A stretch of 64,000 nt of DNA from contig CM119263.1 of NCBI GenBank assembly GCA_051294375.1, positions 3,410,593-3,474,592 of the forward strand. Reading direction: 5' to 3'. The notes beneath the pieces are model-generated. The model was given only the letters and a program-made list of their open reading frames with translations. It was not told where the DNA came from and made no database searches. Below, one piece after another: positions 12,601 to 23,221 of this stretch. Numbering within the stretch: position 1 is the stretch's first letter; the number at the start of each line of letters is the position of its first letter. This DNA comes from Paraspadella gotoi. Lineage: Eukaryota; Animalia; Chaetognatha. The position numbers and the translations under genes were made by a program.

Positions 12601-14575
12601 ATTCCCAAGTCTCTTTCGATAATCAGTATAGTATATTTAATAATATAGGCTCATACAATATAAGGCGTCACTTTAGTGAGAGCTACATTAACACAGAGTG
12701 ATAAATGAACAATGATATGAAATAGTGTAATTCATACTCACTTCTCGGCAAAGCAGTGTATGCCTGAATGATCATCACGCGAGAGAGTATTACTGGCCGG
12801 CGTGCGGTGCGTTGCATCATGCTAGCAGCATGAGCATTAAGCTATGACAGTAGAAAACTGTATTGATTATTCACACACGAGCATGAAGTCGAGCCGATAC
12901 TCGCCACTTCATGCCACTAACTATCTCGACTTTCGGAACTCTCAACTGTACCACACAGCTCCAATCAGCCTTATCTCATTCTCTGACACCACCGACTCAC
13001 ATGAGAAAGGCGGAATAAATTTGTGTAAAACAATACATACTCCGTCACAATATAAAAACATAACTCTAATACCGTATATACATACCAAACTATTAGAAGA
13101 CGCAGATGACTGGCTCTCTATACGTTAGCAGCACGCGGTAATTTTTCTTGGGGTGGTTGCCCTCAAATAAGCGCCCTCGGGAAACGCAAGAAACCGGACA
13201 ACACACAGGCTTACTGAAACAAGACGAAATCCTCGCCTCGCATTCCGTCTGGCATTTTTCTTATTTGAATTATTTGTCGCCTTAACTTCAATTGCCAGGA
13301 TGGTTGGCCCCATAACCATTGCCTCCCGTCTCGATTGCCTCCAGTTTTGCCTCTCGGCCTCATATCACTATTTCTGGTATTCCTCGATGCGTCCGTTACT
13401 TACCCTAAATTCCTCTCTTTTCCGCCTTATGCTCTTTCCTCTTCTATGACCTCTCGGCTCGCTTTTCTTCTTACGTCTTTATTGCTCCTCTTTATCTTTC
13501 CTATCTCCCCTCTATTTTTTTTCTCTATTCCCCAACGCTCTCTGTTCTTTTCATCCTCTTTTTGCCTCTCTTTTTTTCTTATCTCCCCTCTTATCTTTCC
13601 TCCTACTTCCTGCTTTTCTTCTCTATCTTCCACGCCTCTCTCACTTTCTATATCCCTCTCCTCATTGTTTCTTCATAAACTTACCCCGCGTCACCAACCT
13701 TTCACTGAACGTACACAGGAGATAGCTTACTAAGTATATCTAGGTACAAGGGAATCTAGAAATCTCCATTGTTTTAGTTTATCTTTAGCTTAATAGTTAT
13801 TCTTAAATCGCTACATTTTCATTGCGAATAGGCTATCAAAAAAAACTGTATAAAAATCTATAAAAAACTCATTTTTACATACTTATTACTATAATATTTA
13901 TTTAAGCTGGACGCATTGCGAATCAAAAACGATATTTAGCTCTAACGAATTTGCAGGCGAAACAGAAATGGAACCGAAGGCAAAAGAGGCGAATATTGGT
14001 TACGCGCGAATCGCCATACGTCGCCCGTCTCATACAGTCAGTCACACGTTGAAGCGTCCGTCGTGTTATTCCACGCTCTGGCCGGCGCCGGCAGCGGATG
14101 TGGTCAGACTCGAGCCGCCGACTTAAAGTGGGCTTCCGCGTCGAGAAAATAGCGCCGCTTCGGCAGAGACTGCGAGGACGAAAAAGGCGTGAGCAAAGTA
14201 GGAGGAAGTGCCGGGAAGAGAGAAGCGACACGTGCCGGAAATTGCCGAGAAAGGAGCGCCGTTTACTTACGACGGGCGAAGGAGCGCCGGTTTCTTTTAT
14301 ACTACGGAAGGCCATAAAGCGGCGCTCGCGTCTCTGCCTCGCGTTTTTTTGACTGCCATTGAAACGATACTCGGCTTATTTCCGGACTTGAGTGGAGCGT
14401 GTGTGTAGTAAGCCAGAGAGAGAGAACGCAGAGAGAGAGAGAATAGATCGAATGAGAGCATGTAGCGAGAGAGGAGCGCAGCAGAGAAGAGAGGAAGATG
14501 AAGGACTGAGTGAGGATGAGATAGAGAGAGTAGAATAAGAGCCAGTTCAGTTGCGCTACGTGCGATTTGAAAGAC

Positions 14576-14600
14576 NNNNNNNNNNNNNNNNNNNNNNNNN
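14576..14600. other. Assembly gap of exactly 25 N (one of seven)
   Basis: 25-N runs at 14576-14600, 19023-19047, 32258-32282, 33816-33840, 45539-45563, 48224-48248 and 58927-58951. Most adjoin duplicated or noisy sequence. Confidence 0.95.
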
Positions 14601-15728
14601 CGTGGATTGAAGATTTCAGCTTATATCAGTTCTTTAAACAACCAACTTCTCCAAGAACGACAACAACGACAACAACGACAAAAACAACAACAACAACAAC
14701 ACCCCCCTCCCTCCTTATCAAACCGGTTCCATCTCTTCCCCTTCATCTCTTCTCGTTTCCGGTTTTGTTTTGGCGCCAGATTCCATCTCGCGCGTCGTAA
14801 GACTAGAGGCGCCTCACGTCTGTGAGGCGAGATAAGTTGGTAAGTCGCTTTCCTCACCAAATTAGGAGAGAAGTTGTTGTTGTTGTTGTTGATGTTGTTT
14901 TTGTTGTTGTTGTTGTTGTTGTCGTTGTTGTTGTTTTGATGATCTTATTGACGCCAGGAGGGAGTCAGGCTCATAGATTTGATATTAATATAACATAATT
15001 TCATAATATAATTTCGGCCATGAGGTTAGACATTATTAAGAATAATTTGATATTTGTAACTTGGGAAAATGTAAAGCAGACTTTTTATATATACATTCAG
15101 ATTTGTTTGTGACTAAAATCTTTTTGAGAAATACAATTTCAGTCTTCGTTGATTTCATCTTTAAAACCGGAATTCCTTCGCATATGTTAAATAAAAAAAT
15201 ATATTTTGGTTTTAAACTTTTCATCATTTATCATCCTTCACACCATCAAGGATCTAAATTTAAAAATCCCAACTTTTGAAATAAATTGATCAAAAAATAA
15301 CAAAAGGGGAAAAAAAATCTTAGTGAAAACAAGAGAAACAGATTTTAGAAACTTTGAAGCGAATTGTTTTTCTTCGACGCTTTTGTTAAACTAGAACATC
15401 TTGTTATTTTCAAGATTTAAAAATTAAATAAAGAAGCGAAGAATCTTAAAAACAATTGTTTTAAATCGTTGCGAGTCAACAGGGCGTTGGCTTAAGACTG
15501 TCGGGTTAAGTAAAGAGAAACTTAAGCGACACTTTAAAGACCGAGTCTATAGTATTTTTTTCTTTTTTTTAAAAACTCTAAAAATATTAAAAAAACAGAA
15601 AATCTCATAAAAATCACCCATAATCACAAAAATAAATAAAAACGAGAAAATCACCAACGAATAGTTAACATATTAACAATCAATTGCAAATCAAATTTCC
15701 CCTCAACTCATGGATGAGCAGCCTAAAG

Positions 15729-15835
15729 AGGCTGCGAGCCATTTGCGGCAGGGAGCCATTCGCGGCAGCGAATCATTGGGGCATAGAGCCTTTCGGGGCA
15801 GCGAGCCAATCGGGGCAGCGAGCCTTTTGGGGCGC
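15729..15835. repeat. 17-bp GC-rich minisatellite (GGCAGCGAGCCATTCGG-like), about 6 copies
   Basis: Read directly. Confidence 0.8.
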
Positions 15836-17393
15836 ATCGCTTTGGAATCTCTTCAAATCTTTTCTCTTTTCCAGATTTATTTACGAGTTTTGTTTTTTTG
15901 TTTTTTTGCTTCTTTCTTTCGTCAGAAGAAGAGAATCTTTTTTTCATTAACCGACGCTTGTCGAAGTAGGGGATTCTCTCTCTCTCTCTCTGGAGAGCGT
16001 CAAAACTGGTCAGTGGGGGGGGGGTGGTCTGTGTGGTTCTGATTAAGCATTTTGCTTTTTTCCGCAGATAACGTAAAACGTTTCCTAGGCGGGAAGACCC
16101 ATAGAAAACAAAAAACGATGCTTGTCGAAAGGGGAGCATTCGTGGGGGTGAAAAGAATTTGTGCCCAGAGTCGAAGTGCGGAGTGAGGAAAGTACGGGGG
16201 AGAGCGAGAAAGCAAGATGTGTGAATTTGAAAGTGAGATGCGGAGACGACCCCCGGCAGCGTGAGTTGGAATCATGACCCGGAGTGGTTATAGAGGTAGG
16301 GGAAATCTTTAGAAGGTTGTTGTGCGGAATGCGGTCATTAGTAATCGAGGGAAAAATCCTTCGTAATGGAGCAGATCAACTTAGTCATTTAATTTACTTC
16401 CTGAAAAGGCCGAAGATAGGACCTTCTGTCGGGCTTATCCGCGAATTGATCCATTCTGGGGGGGTGGGGTGACGTCACCAGTTGTTGTGACTCTTCTAAA
16501 CTCGACGCTAGATATTAAGTATTGGAAGTAAAATTATCGGAATAATTAAGTGAATAATTTACGCTTTGTTTTAGTAACAATGCTCCTTTCGAGCGGGAAA
16601 TTTTAACCCCTAGATTGATATCGATGGCCAGCAAGAGTTAAGAAACTTGAAAACAAAGGTTAGACTTTTACTTCTAATTTAAAGTCTTAATTTCCTTGAC
16701 AGCTAAATATGATGTTTAGTTTCAAATAAAAAAAACCTGTTTTGCATCTGAAAATAAACCCCGTCGATTTTTNNNNNNNNNNNNNNNNNNNNNNNNNNNN
16801 NNNNNNNNNNNNNNNNNNNNNNNNNNNNNNNNNNNNNNNNNNNNNNNNNNNNNNNNNNNNNNNNNNNNNNNNNNNNNNNNNNNNNNNNNNNNNNNNNNNN
16901 NNNNNNNNNNNNNNNNNNNNNNNNNNNNNNNNNNNNNNNNNNNNNNNNNNNNNNNNNNNNNNNNNNNNNNNNNNNNNNNNNNNNNNNNNNNNNNNNNNNN
17001 NNNNNNNNNNNNNNNNNNNNNNNNNNNNNNNNNNNNNNNNNNNNNNNNNNNNNNNNNNNNNNNNNNNNNNNNNNNNNNNNNNNNNNNNNNNNNNNNNNNN
17101 NNNNNNNNNNNNNNNNNNNNNNNNNNNNNNNNNNNNNNNNNNNNNNNNNNNNNNNNNNNNNNNNNNNNNNNNNNNNNNNNNNNNNNNNNNNNNNNNNNNN
17201 NNNNNNNNNAGTTTAGGAAATGTACGTAAGCATGACATTCAGATTAACCGAAATTAACATTTTTTTACGATTATAAAACAAAACTACAAATAAAATTGTA
17301 AGGAACTTGTACTTTAATTTTAATACGTACATCCCAACTCCGTAACCAGATTATCCCTTATCTTTGGTTACAAAAAAAGTATAATCAACTTAC

Positions 17394-17841
17394 CTTCGAC
17401 GCTACAGAGAAGACCAACGACGACGGCGACGACGACGACGCCGACGACAAAATCAGGAGGCCGTAACCGGAAGTGAAGAGACGCGGCGTCGTTTTGAAGG
17501 CGACGCCGGCGAGATCCACGACGCCGGAAACCGGATGGCGCCGTAAGCCGAGAGAGGCGGATGGAATCGGGGATTAGACCGGAAGTGGGGTGAAGGGGAA
17601 AGGAGGAGGAGGAGGAGGAGGAGGAGGAGGAGGAAGAAGAGGGGCGGGGGATCACCGGGACTGTGTAGGGATGATGGGCGGAGGTGGGGAGGAATTGGGA
17701 ATGAGGGTCAAGAAGTCCGAAGATGACCTCAGACGTCGAGGGATGAGGTGGGTCAGTTCGAAGGGAAGGTCGACGCGAACTCTCTCGTCGCCCAGAGATG
17801 ACGTCGTTCGACGACGTCCGAAAAGTTGACTGCGACGTCAT
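17394..17841 (-). CDS. Candidate first coding exon of an unidentified secreted or membrane protein
   Basis: GC-rich ORF MTSQSTFRT...RRRRLQNDAASLHFRLRPPDFVVGVVVVAVVVGLLCSVE(G). It ends in a hydrophobic signal-like segment followed immediately by a consensus donor AAG|GTAAGT at 17394/17393. An upstream acceptor 'ttttctttattcacag' at 18007-18008 would make 17842-18006 5' UTR. Confidence 0.5.
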
Positions 17842-18779
17842 TTCGGCGTCGGAGTTGACGTCATTCGATCGTCTTTGACGTTACTGGAACTCGGAGGTCA
17901 GTCGTTGACGTCATCGTGAGGTTGATGATGACAGAGACGACGACGATGATGACGACGATGACGACGACGATGATGACGACGACGATGTTGACAAGTTTTC
18001 AATTATCTGTGAATAAAGAAAATTAAAAGTCAGTGAAAAATATTACCCGTTTAAATTTTAAGGAGAGATTTCAACTTTTGTCTCCCTTTTTCATTCGTCG
18101 TCTCTTTGAGCAAAATGACTCATTCACACTCACAATTTTGTCTTTTTTATCACAATTTTGTCTTTTTTATCACATTTTTTTCTTTTTTATCACATTTTTT
18201 TTCTTTTTTATCACAATTTCATCGGATTTGGATTTTCATTCTTTCATCAATCGTAAAATTTACTGATTTAAAAGTTAATTATTTTATATTATTACATTGC
18301 TGAGCTAAACAAAATAAGCATATGTAATACAAACAACAACAACAATAACAACAACAACGACGACGCCGACGACGACAGCAACGAGTATCTCAAATAAAAC
18401 AGAAAGTGAGATTCGAAGATATTTATTTTAATTAAGATTCAAAGTTATATTTGGATATTTGGAGAATTTCATTTAAATATTGATTAAGATTTTGATTTCA
18501 AGTTTTGTTTCACAATATGCATCTGGATGTTTCGTCGGATTTTATGTGTAAAATTTTGATTTTTGATTTTTTATTTTTACAATTGCGTTTTGGACAAGAA
18601 CCTGTCCGATGCTGCTTTTCTTTATATCGCTTATCCTCGGATCCTGCGATTAACCGGGAATCTGTCTTGCGGAGTCGAAGGAATGAGATATCAATTTTGT
18701 TTGTTCGCGCTCTCTGATCAAAAAGTTTTTTTTCGACAACAAGAAGAGAGATAAAGAAAATAGAATTTTTTATCTTGTA

Positions 18780-19280
18780 AATAACAAAAATATGGCAAAA
18801 ATGACAATGTAAGAAATAACATGAAATTTATACAGTGCAATTTTATACAAAATATTTTCCTGCATCTTCATTCGTTATTCCAACCACCAAAATTCTTCGG
18901 TCTTCATCAACACGGCGCTCTTTTCGGCGCCCAAACGTACCCTCGTCTCCTCCTTTGCGGCTAAATTCGCGTCGGTGGCCGTTCGACGGCCGGCAATCAC
19001 GTAGACGCTGCTTCCGGAGCCGNNNNNNNNNNNNNNNNNNNNNNNNNAATAAAAAAATATGGCAAAAATGACAATGTAAGAAATCAACATGAAATGTTAT
19101 ACATCAATTTTATACAAAATGATTTTCTGCCATCTTCATTCGTTATTCCAACAACACAAATTCTTGCGTCTTCATCAATCATCGGCGCTCTTTTCGGCGC
19201 CCAACGTACCCTCGTCTCCTCCTTTCGGCTAAATTCGCGTCGGGTGGCCGTTCGACGGCCGGCAATACTGTAGACGCTCC
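18780..19280. repeat. About 240-bp direct duplication straddling a 25-N gap (18780-19022 vs 19048-19280)
   Basis: 'aaaaatatggcaaaaatgacaatgtaagaaat...ccgttcgacggccggcaat' appears on both sides of the gap, with indel differences. Confidence 0.9.
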
Positions 19281-19790
19281 GCCGCCGCCGCTGCCGACGC
19301 CGCCGCCGACGCCGCCGCTGCCGCCGCCGCCGCTACCGAGCCGGCGCCTTTCCGCGGCGCTAAAGTGAGGAAAGACGCGTCGACGAAGAGAGGTTGACGC
19401 CGGCTCTGAGCGACGCCAATCGGCACCGCTCGATGAAGAGCCGCGCCAATCCGAACCGGCGCCACGCCACCCGAAGTTGATACTGACGCCACGCCAATCG
19501 ACGCGTCGTCGGTGGAGCTTTTGCTGGAGCCGTTCGTATCTTTGTCGGAGGCGAAGGTAGCGGGGATCGTGGTCGCTTCCTTTGCTGCTGTAGTCGTCGT
19601 TGTTGTTGAGGATGTTGTAGCGAGGACGCCGACCGCGGGCCACGCCACGTTCGACGAAAGGAGGGCGCCACGATCGGCGGGGAGAGGTGGAGAAGGCGCC
19701 GTCCACGATGGCGTTGGGGCGCCAGATTTCGTTGTTGTTGTTGTTGTTGTTGTTGTCGTCGTCGTCGTCGTTTTTTAAGTCTTTAATTTC
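19179..19790 (-). CDS. Possible C-terminal continuation of the ADAMTS-like protein beyond a frameshift, or 3' UTR
   Basis: A GC-rich frame (EIKDLKNDDDDDNNN...EIWRPNAIVDGAFSTSPRR...DWRG...GGGGSGG) is open from inside the (GAC)n tract where ORF 19789-21201 stops, offset by one base. Confidence 0.4.
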   Translation of the reverse strand, partial: EIKDLKNDDDDDNNNNNNNNEIWRPNAIVDGAFSTSPRRSWRPPFVERGVARGRRPRYNILNNNDDYSSKGSDHDPRYLRLRQRYERLQQKLHRRRVDWRGVSINFGWRGAGSDWRGSSSSGADWRRSEPASTSLRRRVFPHFSAAERRRLGSGGGGSGGVGGGVGSGGGGASTVLPAVERPPDANLAERRRRGYVGRRKERR

Positions 19791-19791
19791 A

Positions 19792-19829
<38 letters not shown>

Positions 19830-21253
19830 TTATATCTTTTTCTTCGTTGACGCTACTTTTTTCTTTTCTTTTTTCAAATAGGGTTGTGAGGTCTTGAGGT
19901 TTAGATAATGATGCTTCCTTGGAGGGGTCCTGAGGTCTAACGTGATCTTGTGGTTTGAAGGAATTTTCCAAAAAATGAGGACGAGGTTCAAAGGAATCGT
20001 CAGTTGCTGAGAATCCGTAGAGTTGAGAGAAATCTGCAGATTGGGAATGTCTCTCTGGATCCGAAAAGATTTTCGAAGCCAAGATGTTTTGTGGTTGAAA
20101 AGGATCTCGTGGTTCTTTGTGGTCGTCGGCGTCGAGGTTTTGTGGTTTCAACGAGTCTTCAGTTGGATTCGCAACGAAATTTTCTTTGGCGTCGATGAAA
20201 TGAGATTTAGATTTAGACGCTGTTGTTGTTGTTTTTGGCGGTGTAGTGGATGGTGGCGTCGTCGTTGTTGTCGTAGTTGTTGGCTTAGTTGTCGTTGTTG
20301 TTGTTGTCGTTGTCATTTTTGTCGTCGTTTTCGGCGTCGGCGTTGTCGTTGTCATTGTTGTTGTCCTTGTTGGCGCCCTCGTTGTCGTTGCAGTGGCTCT
20401 TGGCGTTGCCCATGTTGTTGTTGTTTTTATTGGCGTCGTTGTTGTCGTTGTTTTTATTGGCTTCGTCGTTGTCGTCGTTGTTTTTATTGGCGTCGTTGTT
20501 GTCGTTGTTTCTATTGGCGTCGTCGTTGTCGGGGTCGTTGTTGTCGGCGTCGTTGTCGTTGTCTGATAAGACGTTGTTGTTGTGGTTGTCCTCTGATTCA
20601 TAGTGGAAAATTCTTTTTTCTCGTCAGATGTCGCAATCATGGTTCTATTCGATTTCGTGCCTTTTGTTTCAAAACTTTTAAATTTTTCCGCTTCTTTTGT
20701 TTTCGTCATGGTCGTCATCTTCTTCCCCAAAAAGTAGGCACCTCCTCCTCCTCCTCTTCTTTCTCCTCTTCTTCCTCCTCCATCCCTCCTCCTCTCCATC
20801 AACTTCCTCCATCTCTTCTCCATCAACGGCCTCCAATACTCGAATCTAATCCCCGGATGTGGATTCTTCAACAGCACCATCACGTCGAGGGGCGTGGTCG
20901 TCGGTCCCAGAGCGAAGATCGACTCTGTTCCGTCGTCGTCGTCGCGGCTGTAGTGGATCAAGGCCCCGCCCACTTTGAAGATGCCCGGCCAATCTACGGC
21001 GAATTCGCCGTTGATGATCGCCGCGCCGAGATCGTCTTCGTCGTCGTAGTCTTCGCCGTCGGCGCGGAAGAGCGCCAAGTAGTTGGCGCTGCGGTCTTCG
21101 ACGCGGACGTTGGTGGCGCCGACGGGAACGCGGACGATCCTCTTGTAGGCGACGGAGGAGTCGACGCTGGCGCCGCCGCCGACGGCGCCGCGGGGCTGCA
21201 AGCGGAAGGTGCTGGCGACGGGAGCGCAGGTGCGATTCGCGCCGCCGCAGACT
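19789..21253 (-). CDS. ADAMTS-like protein, exon 4: end of Cys-rich module, spacer domain and Thr-rich mucin-like stalk
   Basis: Acceptor 'cctacag' at 21254-21255, in phase with exon 3. Reads VCGGANRTC...YKRIVRVPVGATNVRVEDRSANYLAL...IINGEFAVDWPGIFKVGGALIHYSR...ESIFALGPTTTPLDVMVL...NPHPGIRFEYW, matching the ADAMTS spacer-1 pattern, then PIKTTTTTT-type repeats. Confidence 0.9.
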
Positions 21254-21357
21254 CTGTAGGAGGTGGCGGGGGCGGGGAGAGGAGAATGTTATCACTAATG
21301 AAAATATTAATTAATCTTTATCATTCATTCTTTATTTTAGTATTCAAGTTCATTCAC

Positions 21358-21438
21358 CTGCACATGTCTTCGATGCTTGAAGATCCAATGACATTATCGC
21401 ATCCAACCTGAAGACATTTTCCTTTGACGCAAACGTCT
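21358..21438 (-). CDS. ADAMTS-like protein, exon 3 (Cys-rich module)
   Basis: AG acceptor at 21439-21440 and CAG|GTGAAT donor. Translates DVCVKGKCLQVGCDNVIGSSSIEDMC(R), the conserved ADAMTS 'CVxGxCxxVGCDxxxGS...DxCxVCGG' motif. Not in the ORF track. Confidence 0.93.
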
Positions 21439-21514
21439 CTGGCGCATAATTAGTGAATTAAAAAAAAGTTAAACAAAAGGGAAACGTAAAATTTAATATG
21501 AAATTTAAAATGTG

Positions 21515-21733
21515 NNNNNNNNNNNNNNNNNNNNNNNNNNNNNNNNNNNNNNNNNNNNNNNNNNNNNNNNNNNNNNNNNNNNNNNNNNNNNNNNNNNNNN
21601 NNNNNNNNNNNNNNNNNNNNNNNNNNNNNNNNNNNNNNNNNNNNNNNNNNNNNNNNNNNNNNNNNNNNNNNNNNNNNNNNNNNNNNNNNNNNNNNNNNNN
21701 NNNNNNNNNNNNNNNNNNNNNNNNNNNNNNNNN
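21515..21733 (-). other. N gap inferred to hide ADAMTS-like exon 2
   Basis: The flanks match 34920-34981 and 35160-35290. The intervening sequence in that copy contains a Cys-rich exon (35009-35140). Confidence 0.8.
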
Positions 21734-21867
21734 GACAGAGCGAACCTCGGATTAATGGAACGCTTTCTTTTAAGTAAATTTCGTTTATTATTGTCATTGT
21801 TTATTCTCGCAGTTTTTAGTTAATTAGTTAACTTAATATTATAAATTTTATAGTATAAATTTTCAAC

Positions 21868-22983
21868 CTTATCTTCCATCTCCACATCATCGTGCACCGA
21901 ACACTGAAACGCCCTGAAGTCCATCTCATCCTCGTCGCATCGACGCGCGTTGCAGATCTCACGCTGCGTCGCCTCCGCCGATCCCGCGACGCAGCGGCTC
22001 CGCNNNNNNNNNNNNNNNNNNNNNNNNNNNNNNNNNNNNNNNNNNNNNNNNNNNNNNNNNNNNNNNNNNNNNNNNNNNNNNNNNNNNNNNNNNNNNNNNN
22101 NNNNNNNNNNNNNNNNNNNNNNNNNNNNNNNNNNNNNNNNNNNNNNNNNNNNNNNNNNNNNNNNNNNNNGCGGGAGGGTGAGGCGGGCGAAGGGGGCGTC
22201 GGGGTCGAGGAGGGCGAAGGTTGGCGAGAGATCGATGAAGGGAGGACGAAGAGGAGCGGGCAGAGGACGAGGAGAAGCGTAAGGCAGAGGATCTCGAACT
22301 TTGTCGGGCGGAGGACGAATTCGTCGACCGGCTCCTTCCTTTCGACGAAGCTGGCCGACGTTTTCTTTCTTGGTCGGTCGGCGTCTCTTTGCCTTTGTCG
22401 GCTTCGGCGTATCTGGACGAGCCATTCCGGCGTCGAGAATATGTGCCGTCGGTTGTCGACTATTTTTGCGTCGTTTTAGATGTCGGATGTCAGGACGGCG
22501 ATCGGTGCTATCATCTGTGCTATCATCTGTTCGAACGTTTTGTGGATCATCTGTATGACCAAAAATTTTCAGTGCGCTTGCCTCACCCTTCGCTGGAGGC
22601 TTTTTCTTTCCATAATCGCGGGACCAATTTCGACGAACATTTTTTACGTTGTCTGTTATACCATCTGGGCGACCATCGGTTCGGCCATCCGTAATGCCTT
22701 TCCAAATTGGATCGTGTTCCTTTTTCCCGCTTTTTTCCACCAACGATTTCGGCTTTTTGTTCAATTCACGTTCAGACTGTCGCCGAACATCTGTTCGATC
22801 ATCTGTTCGATCATCTGTCCGACCATCTGTTCGATCATCTGTCCGACCGTCTCTTTCCCGATTCACGCGGTGTTGTCTCTTTCGTTGCTTCCATCTCTTT
22901 CCGTAGATTTTGTAGCTGAAGCCAACGCAATTGTGAAGCAGATGGAAGAAGAAGACGCAAACGAAAATCCAGAACAATTTCAT
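21868..22983 (-). CDS. ADAMTS-like protein, exon 1: signal peptide, basic low-complexity region, TSP1 repeat and start of Cys-rich module
   Basis: MKLFWIFVCVFFFHLLHNCVG is a signal-like start. ...RSRCVAGSAEATQREICNARRCDEDEMDFRAFQCS matches the TSP1 end plus the ADAMTS 'FRxxQC' motif. Donor AAG|GTTGAA at 21868/21867. There is an internal N gap at 22004-22169. Confidence 0.88.
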
Positions 22984-23068
22984 TTTTTTTATGGCGTCGA
23001 AATTTTAAGACAAAAATTGAGGAACGAAAAAAGAAGGAAAAGTAAAAAGTTGTTTTGACGTTGAAAAG

Positions 23069-23221
23069 ACGATGACGAAGACGAGGATGAAGACGATGAC
23101 GAAGACGAAGACGAAGACGAAGAAGAAGAAGATGACGAAGAAGATGACGAAGAAGATGACGAAGACGAAGAAGAAGAAGAAGAAGATGACGAAGACGAAG
23201 AAGATGACGAGGAAGAAGATG
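23069..23221. repeat. Compound (GAA/GAC/GAT)n trinucleotide tract upstream of the ADAMTS-like ATG
   Basis: Read directly. A shorter version occurs in the second copy at about 36418-36530. Confidence 0.85.

Noticed and set aside
16687-17257. ORFs made mostly of X (also 21450-21823, 23469-24128, 24803-25415, 60446-61200, 63132-63403)
   Set aside because: They are open only because N runs contain no stop codons.
18845-18900. Ig-domain motif (ILVVGITNEDAGKYF) on the minus strand
   Set aside because: It lacks the required Cys, stops immediately, and lies in an indel-rich duplicated gap flank.
20004-21411. Long plus-strand ORFs (462-aa Cys/Arg-rich; Val-rich)
   Set aside because: They are antisense shadows of the Thr-rich ADAMTS-like exon.
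19789-22983. Active ADAMTS metalloprotease or a specific gene symbol
   Set aside because: No prodomain or HExxHxxGxxH catalytic motif is present in either copy, and orthology among ADAMTSL5, THSD4 and papilin cannot be settled by eye.
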